A stretch of 64,000 bases of DNA. It comes from an uncultured delta proteobacterium. GTDB taxonomy: Bacteria > Desulfobacterota > Binatia > UBA9968. The DNA lies in the NCBI GenBank assembly GCA_963737905.1, contig CAVTUQ010000038.1, forward strand, positions 77,736 through 141,735, in the 5' to 3' direction. The position numbers and the translations under genes were made by a program. The notes below the pieces were generated by a model. The model saw only the letters and a list, made by a program, of their open reading frames with translations. It was not told the DNA's origin and ran no database searches. Below, one piece after another: positions 39,045 to 52,065 of the stretch (within the stretch, counting starts at the first letter, position 1; every line of letters starts with the position of its first letter).

Positions 39045-41096
39045 ATGGTTAAAAAGATTCCGACTCGTCTCGAACAACACGGCCACGTGCGGATCGACGA
39101 CTACTACTGGTTAAGAGAACGTGACAATCCGGAGGTTATCTCGTATCTCAATGCCGAGAATGATTACGCGGAAAAGGCGATGGCCCATGCCCAGCCGTCG
39201 GAGGAAATGCTTTTCGAAGAGATCAAGGCCCGGTTCAAACCGACGGACATGTCCGTGCCGTACCTGAGGGATGGATATTATTACTACACGCGCTATGAGG
39301 AAGGAAGGGAGTACCCGATCTTCGCGCGCAAGAGGGGCTCGTTAGACGCAGGTGAAGAGATCATGCTCGATGCCAACGTATTGGCCGCGGGACATGAGTT
39401 CTTCGCCATCGGTGGCTGGACGGTGAGCTCGGAGCGAGACCTGCTTGCTTACGCGGTCGATACGCAGGGCCGAAGGGTTTACACGACCTATTTCAAGAAC
39501 CTCTCCACGAACGCCATGCTTGCGGATCTCATACCCGAAGTCAGCGAAAACCTCACCTGGGCCAACGACAACCGGACACTTTTCTATGCGAAGCAGGATC
39601 CGACGACACTGCGAGCCTATCAGATCTATCGCCATGTGCTTGGAAACGATCCGGCTGAGGATCAACTGGTTTTTGAAGAAACCGACGAGACGTTTGCAGC
39701 CTATGTTTTCAAGACCAAGTCGAAAAAGTATCTGATGATCGTGTCGTCTCATACCCTGAGCCAGGAGTATCGGTATTTGGAAGCGGGCAATCCCACTGGG
39801 ATGTTTAACGTTTTTTTGCCCCGGGAACGGGATCATGAATATCACGTGGATCACTACCAGGATCGATTCCTGATACGCACCAATGACCATGCCAAGAATT
39901 TTCGACTGATGGCCACGGCCCTGGATAAAACTTCAAAAGAGCACTGGCAGGAGATTATTCCGCATCGCGACGATGTCTTCCTCGGCGATTTCGAAATCTT
40001 TAAAGACCATCTGGTTCTCGAAGAGCGCAAACGCGGCTTGAATCAACTTCGAGTCGTGCCCTGGGCAGGCGGTGGCGAGCACTATCTGGAATTCGACGAG
40101 CCGGCGTACCGGGTGAATGCGGGCACCAATCTCGAATTCGAAACGACCATTTTGCGGTTCGAGTACACCTCGATGAAAACTCCGCTGTCGATCTACGATT
40201 ACGACATGGTAACGCGAGCAAAGATCCTGCTGAAGCGAGAAGAGGTGCTCGGCGGCTTCAATACGGACAACTATGTGACCGAACGTCTTTACGCTCCGGC
40301 GTCCGATGGCACCGAGATCCCTTTGTCGATTGTCTACCGCGAGGGGACCCAAAGGGATGGACAAAATCCCTTGCTGCTGTATGGCTACGGCGCCTATGGC
40401 CTCAGCATAGATCCGGCGTTTGCGTCGCCGCGTCTGAGCTTGATCGACCGTGGGTTCGTGTACGTCATCGCCCATGTCCGCGGTGGCCAAGAGCTCGGAC
40501 GCCGGTGGTATGAGGACGGCAAGCTCTTAATGAAGAAAAACACCTTTACCGATTTTATCGCCTGTGCGGAATACCTGATCCGCGAAGGGTTTACGAATTC
40601 CGGCAAGTTGTTCGCTATGGGGCGAAGCGCCGGCGGTTTGCTTATGGGTGCGATGACGAATATGCGGCCCGAGTTGTTCAAAGGTGTGGTTGCCGAAGTC
40701 CCTTTCGTTGATGTGATTACCACTATGCTCGATCCGTCGATTCCACTCACAACCGGCGAGTATGACGAGTGGGGAGACCCCAATCGGAAAGAGTACTACG
40801 ACTATATGTTGTCCTATTCTCCCTACGACAACGTTGAGGCCAAGGACTACCCAAATCTATTGATCACCGGAGGGCTGCACGATTCCCAAGTCCAATACTG
40901 GGAACCTGCCAAGTGGGCAGCCAAACTACGGGAGCTGAAGACGGACAAGAATCGGCTCCTTTTGAAAACGAACATGGACGCTGGGCATGGCGGTGCCTCC
41001 GGCCGTTTCAAGAGACATCATGAGACGGCCTTCTCCTATGCCTTTTTGTTGGATCTGGCGGGGACAAAGGAGCAAAAGACACCCGTCTCGAGCTAG
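39045..41096 (+). CDS. ptrB: Oligopeptidase B (S9A)
   Basis: DDYYWLR, YGYGAYG, HVRGGQE, GRSAGG, DSQVQYWEPAKW and AGHGG. Confidence 0.93.
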   Translation: MVKKIPTRLEQHGHVRIDDYYWLRERDNPEVISYLNAENDYAEKAMAHAQPSEEMLFEEIKARFKPTDMSVPYLRDGYYYYTRYEEGREYPIFARKRGSLDAGEEIMLDANVLAAGHEFFAIGGWTVSSERDLLAYAVDTQGRRVYTTYFKNLSTNAMLADLIPEVSENLTWANDNRTLFYAKQDPTTLRAYQIYRHVLGNDPAEDQLVFEETDETFAAYVFKTKSKKYLMIVSSHTLSQEYRYLEAGNPTGMFNVFLPRERDHEYHVDHYQDRFLIRTNDHAKNFRLMATALDKTSKEHWQEIIPHRDDVFLGDFEIFKDHLVLEERKRGLNQLRVVPWAGGGEHYLEFDEPAYRVNAGTNLEFETTILRFEYTSMKTPLSIYDYDMVTRAKILLKREEVLGGFNTDNYVTERLYAPASDGTEIPLSIVYREGTQRDGQNPLLLYGYGAYGLSIDPAFASPRLSLIDRGFVYVIAHVRGGQELGRRWYEDGKLLMKKNTFTDFIACAEYLIREGFTNSGKLFAMGRSAGGLLMGAMTNMRPELFKGVVAEVPFVDVITTMLDPSIPLTTGEYDEWGDPNRKEYYDYMLSYSPYDNVEAKDYPNLLITGGLHDSQVQYWEPAKWAAKLRELKTDKNRLLLKTNMDAGHGGASGRFKRHHETAFSYAFLLDLAGTKEQKTPVSS

Positions 41097-41200
41097 ACGA
41101 AGGTCCCCCCCATGTGTGTGCTGGATTTGATGTGCATTCAAGTGAATGCTTTTCTCCGCAAGCCGGAGGGTTTCTAGAATAGTTGTCGATAGAGCGCGCC

Positions 41201-42921
41201 ATGAACGACAGAAACAGATCGTTATGTCTCCTCATTGTTCTGTGCGGCGCGCTGTACTTTCCTTATCTGGGCTCCACGCCGTTTTTTGATAAGGGCGAGC
41301 CCAGAGAGGCGCTTGCGGTGCAGGACATCGTCCAACGTGGGGAATGGTTGTTCCCGCTCAAGCGCGCCACCGCCGTTCCCTCCAAGCCGCCACTGTTTCA
41401 TTGGTCGGCGGCGTTGGTGTCTGAGATCACGGGAACAATGAATGAAGTTACGATTCGCTTTCCATCAGCACTCTACGCCACCTTGGGTGTCTTGGTGGTG
41501 TATCTTTTCGGGCGCAAGATCTTCGGTAATCAAGTTGCGCTTCTCGGGGCCGCTATCCTGGCAACGACTTCGATTTACGCCGATGAGGCGCTGAACGCGC
41601 GCGTCGATATGACGTTGAGTTTTTTTGTTACCCTGAGCCTGGTGCTTTTCTATTCGCTCTATCGTGGGTTCTTGACCGGTACCTTGTGGTATTACGCGCT
41701 CTACATTGTTCTTGGAGTGGGTACCTTGGCCAAAGGTCCTTTGGGTATTTTGCTGCCCGGCCTCGTCGTGGGCACGTTTCTGGTGGTGAAAAAAAGGTGG
41801 GACTGGCTAGCCAGGGTTTGCTTTCATCCGGGTGTCGTTCTGACCGTGATCCTGGCAGTGGGTTGGTACGGGATTGCGGTAAGCCGCGGCGGGGAAGGTT
41901 TTGTGGATCGTCAGCTTCTTCAAGAGAATATCGAGCGCTTTTTTGGCGGCTCTGGGCATAGCCACCCCGTCTATTACTATATTCCCTATCTTTTCTCTCA
42001 AGGTTTGCCGTGGAGTTTATTTCTACCGTTCCTCCTTTGGGATTCATTCAAGCAGGGTTTTTCATCGGATGATGATACCCTGTTTCTGAGGCTCTGGTTT
42101 CTAGTCATGTTTGTTTTCTTTTCTATCTCCGTGGGAAAGCGTCCGGATTATCTTTTGCCGTTATATCCCGCTTTGTCATTGATGATGGGTGCGTGGTTTT
42201 ACCGGCAGGGGACGGCAGTTGGGACGAGGAGCGTACTCTATCGCTGTATTGCAATCGTCGCCGGCTTTACCGCCCTTTTGCTTCTTGTTATCTCGCTGGG
42301 AGCAATCTGGAATCATGATTCCGGCTGGTTTCTCGCGTTGATTGAGGGTCTCCTTAAAGAAAAAGACCGTGCCAATCTCGTGGTTGTTAGGAATGAGATC
42401 GGAGCGATTCGGCTGGTCGTTCGCAGTTGTCTCGCTCTTGTCAGCGGCACTTTGGATCTGGTTGGGGCGTGACCTTTGGAAGGGCAGAGTGCGCCCCGCT
42501 GCCCATCGGCTTGTGTTCATTTCGATACTGCAAGCATTCATCATTCGGGCGATGGTGACGCCGGCGATAGCTGAGGCGAGGAGTTATCGCTCGTTCATGG
42601 AGGCGGTCAATCGGCACGTCGGGGCGAATGGAAAGCTGCATTTATACGGAGCCTTTAACAGCGATTCGGTGGTGTTTTATCACGGCGAATCTATTCAAGT
42701 GCTTGATGAGTCGCCGGAAATGATCGCCGCGAGGGCGGGCTCGGGTGACGATTACGTCATTATGGCAGAAAAAGATTGGCGCAGAATTCGGGAGATTAAT
42801 CCCGGCCTTCCGCTCACCTTTGTTGGAGAGCGAGGGTAAGGGACCCGAAGGGGACACGCGACTGATCCTGGTTAGGGCCCAGCGTTCCATGATATCCATG
42901 TTTGGATCGTTTGCACCGTAG
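41201..42921 (+). CDS. ArnT-like GT39/GT83 membrane glycosyltransferase, frameshifted (~42400, ~42810)
   Basis: GEPRE, KPPLFHW, R.PSAL, AR.DM, LAKGP and KRPDYLLP; C-terminus continues in other frames. Confidence 0.8.
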
Positions 42922-42984
42922 GGGTGACGAGACGAAAAGGATTTACGTCCATGCGTGCCTATGGGGAAATATCAAAAACGCGGG

Positions 42985-44313
42985 TCATCTCGTTGGTTTT
43001 TTCTTGAGGTCTTCCCAATGTTTCACCCGTTCCTTGATTTGCTTTTCGTGCCCCGACTCGGAGGGTAAGTAATACTTTCGCCCTTTGAGATCAGCCGGTA
43101 AGTGCTCCTGCTCCACCACATGATCAGGAAAGTCATGAGCGTATTGGTAGTCTTTGCCGTAGCCCAGTTTCTGCATCAATGGTGTGGGGGCGTTTCTGAG
43201 ATGTAGGGGAACGGGCAAGGTACCTTTCTCTTCGACATCTTGGGTCGCCGCGAGCAGCGCTTTATAGGAAGCATTGGATTTAGGTGCAGTTGCAAGATAG
43301 GTCACAGCCTGCGCTAGTGGGATTTTGCCTTCCGGCAGGCCAACAAAATGAAAGGCGTCTTTGGCTGCCACGGCGACTTGCAGCGCCTGGGGATCAGCAT
43401 TGCCGATATCTTCCGCTGCAAAGATAATCATGCGGCGGGCAATGAAAAGGGGATCTTCCCCGGCCTCTATCATTCGCATCATCCAGTAGAGGGCGGCATC
43501 TGGATCGCTGCCGCGTAGACTCTTGATAAAGGCCGAAATGACGTTGTAGTGTTCGTCGCCGGCCTTGTCGTATTGAAGCGGCTTTCGCTGCAAGGCCTCT
43601 TGTAAGTGGCTCAGTTCGATTTTGTTTTTTTTATCTTTGCGGGCCAAGGTGGCCGCATTTTCCAGCGCGCTTAACGCCACGCGGCAGTCCCCCTGAGAGT
43701 GTTGAATGACAAACTCACGTGCCTCATCGGCAATCTCAAGCTGCCACGTTCCCAGTCCGCCCGCTTTGTCCCGGAGCGCGCGCTCGACGATTTTTCCGAT
43801 GTCGTCGGGCGTAAGCGGATTCAGCACTAAAACCTGACAGCGCGAAAGCAGGGGCGAGATGACTTCAAAAGAAGGATTCTCTGTGGTGGCGCCGATCAAG
43901 ATCAGAGTGCCGCGTTCCACGTGGGGCAGGAAGTTGTCCTGTTGGGATTTGTTGAAATGGTGAATCTCGTCGACAAAAAGTACGGTGCGCCTGCCGAGAC
44001 GCCGAAACTCCTCCGCCTCATGAATAATCTTCTTGAGATCTTTGACACCGGAAGTGACGGCTGAGAAATGAACGCAGGCAGCGCCGGCAGTGCGGGCCAG
44101 AATCTGCGCCAGGGTAGTTTTCCCGCTTCCCGGTGGTCCCCATAAAATGAGCGATCGAAGCTCGCCTGCCTCGGTCAGTTCGCGAAGCAGTTTCCCGTCG
44201 CCGAGCAAGTGCTCTTGGCCGACGAATTCATCCAAGGTTTTCGGTCGCATGCGTTCGGCTAATGGCTCCAAGGGGCGGGCCTGGGCGGATGAATTTAATT
44301 CGAACAGCTCCAT
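42985..44313 (-). CDS. rarA: Replication-associated recombination protein A
   Basis: [42 protein letters not shown] and [10 protein letters not shown]. Confidence 0.96.
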   Translation of the reverse strand: MELFELNSSAQARPLEPLAERMRPKTLDEFVGQEHLLGDGKLLRELTEAGELRSLILWGPPGSGKTTLAQILARTAGAACVHFSAVTSGVKDLKKIIHEAEEFRRLGRRTVLFVDEIHHFNKSQQDNFLPHVERGTLILIGATTENPSFEVISPLLSRCQVLVLNPLTPDDIGKIVERALRDKAGGLGTWQLEIADEAREFVIQHSQGDCRVALSALENAATLARKDKKNKIELSHLQEALQRKPLQYDKAGDEHYNVISAFIKSLRGSDPDAALYWMMRMIEAGEDPLFIARRMIIFAAEDIGNADPQALQVAVAAKDAFHFVGLPEGKIPLAQAVTYLATAPKSNASYKALLAATQDVEEKGTLPVPLHLRNAPTPLMQKLGYGKDYQYAHDFPDHVVEQEHLPADLKGRKYYLPSESGHEKQIKERVKHWEDLKKKPTR

Positions 44314-44416
44314 GATTTCATGGTATCATATTAAAATGATCAGGATGCAACGCAGCCTGAGGGACTCTTGTGCAGGTCTAGCCGGGTCTAGATCGGCTGT
44401 TTTGAGGTCATAAGGC

Positions 44417-44821
44417 GTGGCGGAAAAATCAGACAACGGCAAAACGCCTTCTGCACAGGGCGCGCCGAGAACCGTGCTGTTTCCCGACTCCTCAATATCC
44501 GGAAAGCTCAGTTACAATTTGCCGGTTCGGATCGATAGCCGCTTCAGTGGTGAGATCAAAGCCAGTGATCTTTTAGTCGTAGGCGCGAACGCCCAGGTCG
44601 ATGCCCATATCTACGCCCGCCAACTCCAAGTCGAAGGGAAGTTGGCGGGCACCGTACAGGTGATCGGTTGCTTCGAAATTATGCCGGGTGGCCAATTCCA
44701 GGGTGAGTTCAAAGCCGGAGAGCTCAAGGTTCACCCCGGGGCCGTATGCGAAGGAAAAGGAAAAGTTCTGGGTCTAGTTGAGGAAGTTGCTCAGTTGCCG
44801 GCAGGTCCCTCCTCGCCATAG
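44417..44821 (+). CDS. Bactofilin (polymer-forming cytoskeletal protein)
   Basis: Beta-helix repeats ISGKL..VRID..FSGEI..LVVG..AQV..VEG. Confidence 0.75.
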   Translation: MAEKSDNGKTPSAQGAPRTVLFPDSSISGKLSYNLPVRIDSRFSGEIKASDLLVVGANAQVDAHIYARQLQVEGKLAGTVQVIGCFEIMPGGQFQGEFKAGELKVHPGAVCEGKGKVLGLVEEVAQLPAGPSSP

Positions 44822-45147
44822 AGACGCGCTGCCTTACCGGACCGCTCTCGCAGATAATAGAGTTTGGCGCGGCGCACCTTGCCGCGTGATACGACGTCGA
44901 CCTTTTCAATGCGAGGCGAATGCAAGGGGAAGATCCTTTCCACGCCGACCCCGTAGGAGACTTTCCGGACAGTGAAGGTCGCACGGTTGCCTTTGCCGGA
45001 AAGAGCGATGACGATTCCCTCGAAGATCTGAGTTCGCTCTTTTTCACCCTCTACCACTTTTACGTGAACCCGAACGGTCTCACCTGGCCGCAATGAGGGG
45101 ATCTCTTTCTTGGATTGCTCCGCTTCGATTTGATTCAAGATATTCAT
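44791..45147 (-). CDS. rplS: 50S ribosomal protein L19
   Basis: [27 protein letters not shown] and [10 protein letters not shown]. Confidence 0.98.
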   Translation of the reverse strand: MNILNQIEAEQSKKEIPSLRPGETVRVHVKVVEGEKERTQIFEGIVIALSGKGNRATFTVRKVSYGVGVERIFPLHSPRIEKVDVVSRGKVRRAKLYYLRERSGKAARLYGEEGPAGN

Positions 45148-45165
45148 GGCTGACTCCTGTGAAAT

Positions 45166-46443
45166 TTACTGACCGCCGAGGAGACGGTCGAACACGATCG
45201 CTGCGGCTGATCTCACCGAAAGATGATTATAGTCGGTTGGCCCCTCAATGGCTTCAAGAACATAATCTGATCGTGAGAAAATGGTTTCTGTGAGTCCCCA
45301 TCCCGTGCCCAGAATGAGCAGGAACGGCTGGCTTAACTGTATTAACATGTCTCGGAGGTCCGCGAAAGAGGTGCGGCTGGCGCCTGGTCGGGCAGACGTG
45401 ACGATCAACAAAGGTTTCTTCCCACATTCGTGTTCGATGTCAACGAGCACGTCGTCCAGAGTATCTTTGATGCGGACCAGAGCCAGCGCCTCCTTGCGGG
45501 TGACGTTATATTGACTGCCATAGCCCCGTTCCCAATGGTCGATTATCTTGTGGGCGAGCTTTTGTAGGGCCTTGACCGGCGTGACGACATAAAAGCCGTG
45601 AATCCCGTAGGTCCTTCCCGAGCGGGCAATGTCGTGAATGTCCATGTTGGTCACGGCGGTGGTTACTACTTGCCTGTTCTTGTCGTAGACAGGGTGATGG
45701 AGCAGTGCGACATAGACGGGCGCCCGGATGCCGCTCGCTTTGGCTCTTTCTTCCAGGGTCAGAGTCGCTTTGACAAGAAGATCGGGACGCCGGTCCATGG
45801 TTAGCCGAATGCTCGCTTCCCGTCGCCACTGTCTAATATGCCCGTGATCACCTGAAAGAAGTACCTCTGGGACCTTCATACCGCGAAAGTCTTCGGGACG
45901 AGTGTACTGTGGGTATTCCAGCAGCCCGTTACTGAAAGATTCGTCTCCGGCGGACTTTTCATTTCCCAAGACTCCGGGGATCAGCCGTGCTACGGCGTCG
46001 ATCACGACCATGGCGGCGGGCTCACCCCCGCTCAAGGTAAAGTCGCCCACCGAAAGTTCTTCGTCGACAAAGGACTTAACCCTTTCATCGACACCTTCGT
46101 AGCGGCCGCAAACCAAAACCAAATCTTCTTTTTGTGCCAATTCAGCGGCCCTTGCTTGCGTGAAAACTGTTCCTTGGGGCGAAAGCAATAGGACTCTCGC
46201 CTTGGAACTTTGCGCGCGAATCGCTTCGATGGCCGACACTAAAGGTTCTGGCTTCATCACCATCCCCTGGCCTCCACCGTAGGGATAGTCATCGGTGACG
46301 TGATGTCGGTCGGTCGTAAAGTCGCGTGGATCGACCAGTCGAATGGCGATCAGACCCTTCTCCTGGGCCTTTTTGAGGATACTGTGACCCAGCGGCGATT
46401 CAAACATTTGTGGGAATAGCGTGACGACCGTAAAGTTAAGCAT
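45166..46443 (-). CDS. trmD: tRNA (m1G37) methyltransferase TrmD fused to a second SPOUT domain (Tm1570/DUF2168-like)
   Basis: [25 protein letters not shown] and YPQYTRP, then [11 protein letters not shown]...D.HDIARS..TYG...GTGWGL...YNHLSVRSA. Confidence 0.93.
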   Translation of the reverse strand: MLNFTVVTLFPQMFESPLGHSILKKAQEKGLIAIRLVDPRDFTTDRHHVTDDYPYGGGQGMVMKPEPLVSAIEAIRAQSSKARVLLLSPQGTVFTQARAAELAQKEDLVLVCGRYEGVDERVKSFVDEELSVGDFTLSGGEPAAMVVIDAVARLIPGVLGNEKSAGDESFSNGLLEYPQYTRPEDFRGMKVPEVLLSGDHGHIRQWRREASIRLTMDRRPDLLVKATLTLEERAKASGIRAPVYVALLHHPVYDKNRQVVTTAVTNMDIHDIARSGRTYGIHGFYVVTPVKALQKLAHKIIDHWERGYGSQYNVTRKEALALVRIKDTLDDVLVDIEHECGKKPLLIVTSARPGASRTSFADLRDMLIQLSQPFLLILGTGWGLTETIFSRSDYVLEAIEGPTDYNHLSVRSAAAIVFDRLLGGQ

Positions 46444-46472
46444 CAGGTCAGCTACGGCAACCAAAGCCAGCA

Positions 46473-46985
46473 CTAGAGATCCAAAAGCCCTTCAGGGGGA
46501 TTGATGGTCATCTTGCCGGCGGCGAAATCGACCTTCTCGATGATTTCTTTTACCGCGGGGATAAGGTGCTCTTTCAGAGCGCCAGTGACGACATACAGTT
46601 CTCCTCCCGGCGTGGACCAAGTTCGAGCGACGACTCCGATGCGCTCTCCTTTGGTATCGAAAACCTCCAGGCCAATCACCTGATAGTGGTAGTATTCGCC
46701 CGATGGCAGAGAATCAAGATCCCGTTCCGCTAGATAGAGGATGGAACCGACCCAAGGTTCAGCATCCTCAATCCGATCCACGCCGGATAACTTTACCAAA
46801 AATTGACTTTTGTAAGGCCGGCTTTTCTCGATTTCGTGCCTCCGCCGACTCTGCTCTTTCTGCAACCAAATTTCCCGGCTGGGGTTGAGAACGGTTGTCA
46901 GAGGGTTGTACGGGTTGAGTTTCAGCCAGCCACCGATACCATGGGTGGTGACTATCTCTCCAAGAGGGACGAACCGCTCGGACAC
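46473..46985 (-). CDS. rimM: 16S rRNA processing protein RimM
   Basis: G.I...HGI.G, EYY.YQ.IGL and LIP...PPEGLLDL; rpsP-trmD context. Confidence 0.95.
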   Translation of the reverse strand: MSERFVPLGEIVTTHGIGGWLKLNPYNPLTTVLNPSREIWLQKEQSRRRHEIEKSRPYKSQFLVKLSGVDRIEDAEPWVGSILYLAERDLDSLPSGEYYHYQVIGLEVFDTKGERIGVVARTWSTPGGELYVVTGALKEHLIPAVKEIIEKVDFAAGKMTINPPEGLLDL

Positions 46986-47003
46986 GGGTCTGGTGCGGGA
47001 AGG

Positions 47004-47240
47004 TTACTTCTCTTCGACAATTTCAAGGACCACCTTGCGGTTGGTTCTTGACGCTGCGGCGTTGAGAATCGTGCGGATGGATTTTGCCGTTCTACCCTGC
47101 TTGCCGATGATGCGTCCCAGATCTTCTTTGGCCACTCTCAACTCCAAAACCGAGGCGGTTTCTCCTTCGGTCTCTTTGACCTCGACAGCATCGGGATTGT
47201 TCACCAAGGACCTTGCCAGGTATTGAACGAGCTCCTTCAT
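47004..47240 (-). CDS. khpA: KH-domain RNA-binding protein KhpA
   Basis: DLGRIIGKQGRTAKSIRT; located between rpsP and rimM. Confidence 0.92.
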   Translation of the reverse strand: MKELVQYLARSLVNNPDAVEVKETEGETASVLELRVAKEDLGRIIGKQGRTAKSIRTILNAAASRTNRKVVLEIVEEK

Positions 47241-47266
47241 GAAGGAGGTGACCTCCTGTCCGGGGA

Positions 47267-47512
47267 TTAGCTTGCTTTTTTCTGGCGCGCCATCAGCTCC
47301 GAAACGGTCTGCGTGGGTTTGGCGCCGCGCTTGATCCAGATCTCGACCTTTTCCCGGTTCAGTTTGACGGCTTCGGCGCTGGCGTTAGGATCGTAGGTTC
47401 CCACCTGTTCGATATATCGACCGTCACGCGGAAAGCGCTGGTCGCAGACCACGATACGGTAAAATGGCTTTTTCTTTGCTCCATGCCTGCTGAGACGAAT
47501 TCTTACGCTCAT
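47267..47512 (-). CDS. rpsP: 30S ribosomal protein S16
   Basis: VRIRLSRHGAKKKPFYRIVV and RDGRYIE.VGTYDP. Confidence 0.98.
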   Translation of the reverse strand: MSVRIRLSRHGAKKKPFYRIVVCDQRFPRDGRYIEQVGTYDPNASAEAVKLNREKVEIWIKRGAKPTQTVSELMARQKKAS

Positions 47513-47531
47513 ATTTATCGTTCCTTCTTTT

Positions 47532-48873
47532 CTAATGGAAAGGGTTGGGCATTCGGTTGAACAGGGATCGGACTCCCAGCTTACTCACCCTTTGCATCAT
47601 CTTTTTCATCTCCATGAACTGTTTCATTAACCTGTTAATATCTGTGACGGTGGTGCCGCTCCCTTGAGCAATACGCAGGCGGCGTCGGCCGTTCAGAATC
47701 TGCCGGATTGCGCCGCTCTTCAAGGGTCATCGAGTTGATAATGGCTTCCACGCGTTTCATCTCTTGCTCGGCTTTTTCTGTGTCAACCTGCGATGCCAGT
47801 TTCTTGGCTCCGGGAATGAGTTCAAGCAGGCTGCCGACGGAGCCCATTTTTTTTATTTGTTGGAGCTGAAGCTGGAACTCTTCCAAGGTGAATTGCTGCT
47901 TTTGAAAGGCCTGCTGTAGGCGAACCGCTTCTTTCTGCTCGACGTTCTGTTGAACCTTATCGATGAGCGAAAGCACATCCCCCATGCCGAGGATTCTGGA
48001 TGCCAGACGATCGGGATAGAAGGGCTCGAGAGCATCGAGCTTCTCCCCCACACCGGAAAAGAGGATCGGCTTGCCAACCATCTGCCGAATCGAAAGAGCG
48101 GCGCCACCGCGGGCATCGCCGTCCAACTTAGTGAGAATAATCCCTGTGAGATCAAGTTTACCGTCGAATCCAATGGCCTGGTTCACAGCATCTTGACCGG
48201 TCATCGCGTCGGCCACGAAAAGAATTTGATGGGGATGGACGGCACTCTTTATCGACGACAACTCCTGCATGAGTTCTTCGTCAATGTGCAAACGGCCTGC
48301 AGTATCGATCAAGAGGACATCGCAAAACCGCTTCTTTGCTTCCTCCAAAGCCTGTTGGCAAAGGACTACAGGGGAGATCGCTGGATCGGAATCATGAACC
48401 GGCAGCTCCAGCTCCTCGCCCAGGATTTTGAGCTGATCGATGGCGGCGGGTCGATAGATGTCTGCCGGAACCAGATAGGGCTTTCTCTTCTTATCTTTCC
48501 TTAAATGCCGGGCAAGCTTTGCCAAAGTTGTCGTTTTGCCCGAGCCTTGTAAGCCAACGAGCATGATGACCGCCGGAGGGGCGGTCTTAAGGTCGAGCTC
48601 CTTATGTTCGCCCCCCAGAAGGCCGATAAGCTCATCCCGAACGATCTTAATGAATTGCTGCTCGGGGGTGAGACTTTGTAAAACTTCCTGGCCTAGAGAT
48701 TGGGACTTGACCGATTCAAGAAAATTTTTAACGACCCCGATATGAACGTCGGCCTCAAGAAGCGCCAGGCGCACTTCCCTGAGGGCGTCATCGATGTTTT
48801 TTTCGGTAATCTTTCCCTGACCCCTAAGCCTTTTGAAGGTCAGCTCGAGTTTATCGGTTAGAGATTCAAACAT
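47532..48873 (-). CDS. ffh: Signal recognition particle protein Ffh (apparent frameshift near 47704)
   Basis: [23 protein letters not shown] and IINSMT..ER; continuation ILNG.RR.RIA.GSG is in the next frame. Confidence 0.95.
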
Positions 48874-48968
48874 GCCGTAGGCAGCTAAACTATTATATTT
48901 TCAAGGGAAAAAGCACCTGGGAAGACTAATATGAAAATCCTCTAGTGTCAAGCAGAAGGCAAAAAGAA

Positions 48969-49009
48969 AGGCCCGTTATGCCTTCAAGATATACCGGCAT
49001 AACGGGCCT
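48969..49009 (-). terminator. Intrinsic terminator of groESL
   Basis: 14-bp stem AGGCCCGTTATGCC/GGCATAACGGGCCT followed on the minus strand by TTCTTTTT. Confidence 0.85.
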
Positions 49010-49030
49010 GACGTAGTTTAGAGGCCGGCC

Positions 49031-50701
<1,671 letters not shown>

Positions 50702-50719
50702 TCAGTTCGCTTGAAAAAT

Positions 50720-51010
50720 TTACTTCTCGATAATGCCCAGGATATCTTCCTCGCGCATGATCAGATGCTCTTCGCCGTCAATGTTTATTTCTGTTCCAGC
50801 GTACTTACCGAAAAGTACACGGTCATTGACTTTCACGTCGAGCGGGGTAATTTTGCCGTCGTCATTCAGCTTACCTTTCCCGACAGCCACAATCTTTCCC
50901 TCTTGTGGTTTTTCTTTCGCGGTGTCGGGAATAATAAGTCCTCCCTTAGTCTTCTCCTCTTCTTCGATGCGCTGAACTATGACCCGATCTTGCAAAGGTC
51001 TAATCTTCAC
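50720..51010 (-). CDS. groS: Co-chaperonin GroES
   Basis: [22 protein letters not shown] and KYAGTEI. Confidence 0.99.
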   Translation of the reverse strand: MKIRPLQDRVIVQRIEEEEKTKGGLIIPDTAKEKPQEGKIVAVGKGKLNDDGKITPLDVKVNDRVLFGKYAGTEINIDGEEHLIMREEDILGIIEK

Positions 51011-51215
51011 CTTTGGTCTCCTTTCACATTGATTCAGTTAACTAACTGATTTTAAACGAATTTATTTGAAGTCGATGGGTAGCCGTGTGCCACGGGACTT
51101 CCAAGAGCGCGATAAATCTAAGCATTAATCCCCATCTGTCAACCCTTTGGGCCGGCAAAATTTTCGGCTTCACTAGAGCAACGCAATCGACCCGGGAAGG
51201 TTCAGGGGGCGGAGC

Positions 51216-51491
51216 CTACTTTCTTTGCTTCCTCATCTCCTCTTCAAAATATTTGCGATAGAGCACATCCCATTCACGGCTTCCTGGCGGTACGTGACGC
51301 GAAAGAGAAAGGATCTTTTGGCGGACTACGTCGTCAATATGATCTTCTTGCTGAAAAAAGTCATGTACAACCCGTTTCGTCTCGCTGAGGGTGCGTCCCT
51401 CATGGGCGAAATCCGCAAGATTCCCTTTCCTAAGACCGTCGACGATTAGATGGGCGAGGTGGGAGATGCGGCTTTCCGATAGCCGGATCAC
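51216..51491 (-). CDS. DUF507 family protein
   Basis: RLSESRISHLA...VRQKI.S..R...GS.EWDVLY.K..EEE. Confidence 0.8.
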   Translation of the reverse strand: MIRLSESRISHLAHLIVDGLRKGNLADFAHEGRTLSETKRVVHDFFQQEDHIDDVVRQKILSLSRHVPPGSREWDVLYRKYFEEEMRKQRK

Positions 51492-51763
51492 AAGACGAAT
51501 CCCTTTTTCGCGGCGAGCTTTTGCTTCGCCAACAAAAACATCTTGTAGGGATCCACATCCCTTGTGCCTGGTGCAAAGGAAGCAAGCATTGTCCGCGCTT
51601 CCTGTTCGATGGCCTCTTCCTCAGCGAAGTTATGATTGATGATTGCGACGATCTTGGCTTTCAGTTCGGGTTCGGTGCTCTTCGGAATGATCAGTTCCTT
51701 GGCGTGATAGTTGGCCAACAAAGCGCTCGCGAGTCGTTCTAGCTGTTCCTGCTTTATCTTCAT
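51488..51763 (-). CDS. DUF507 family protein
   Basis: EE.IE.EAR..L...KMF...KQKLA.KKGFVL; tandem with the previous gene. Confidence 0.8.
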   Translation of the reverse strand: MKIKQEQLERLASALLANYHAKELIIPKSTEPELKAKIVAIINHNFAEEEAIEQEARTMLASFAPGTRDVDPYKMFLLAKQKLAAKKGFVL

Positions 51764-51767
51764 CGGT

Positions 51768-52012
51768 TGTGGAAAATACTGTGGATAAATGGCTTAGAAG
51801 CAGTGAGCAAATTGTCTAAAACTGTTGAATCATTCTGATTATCTATCCGCGTTGACCGACGAAGTCAACGGCAGGAATTCCTGCAAGGACCCTAGGAGAA
51901 AAAATGGGAAGACATAGGAAAGTGCTTGTCAGAAAAGAGTTTTTTTGACAAAATAATACCCCAAACGATTTACAGCAAGGTCTCCCTAGCGCCAATCAAT
52001 GAGTTGTCCACA
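51768..52012. promoter_or_regulatory. DnaA-box cluster in a divergent intergenic region
   Basis: TGTGGAAAA (51768-76), TGTGGATAA (51780-88, perfect) and TTGTCCACA (52004-12). Confidence 0.5.
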
Positions 52013-52065
52013 GGCTTTAGTCCCATCGCTTCTTACCTTGATAAAACGGGACGTGGAGGAGTGGG

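Noticed and set aside
47635-47723. Programmed frameshift in ffh
   Set aside because: No slippery heptamer is visible, and similar indels occur throughout the window, so sequencing error is more likely.
51011-51215. CIRCE (HrcA) operator or sigma54 promoter upstream of groES
   Set aside because: No TTAGCACTC-N9-GAGTGCTAA; the TGGCAC lacks a correctly spaced TTGC. Only a possible TTGACA-16-TAGATT promoter is seen.
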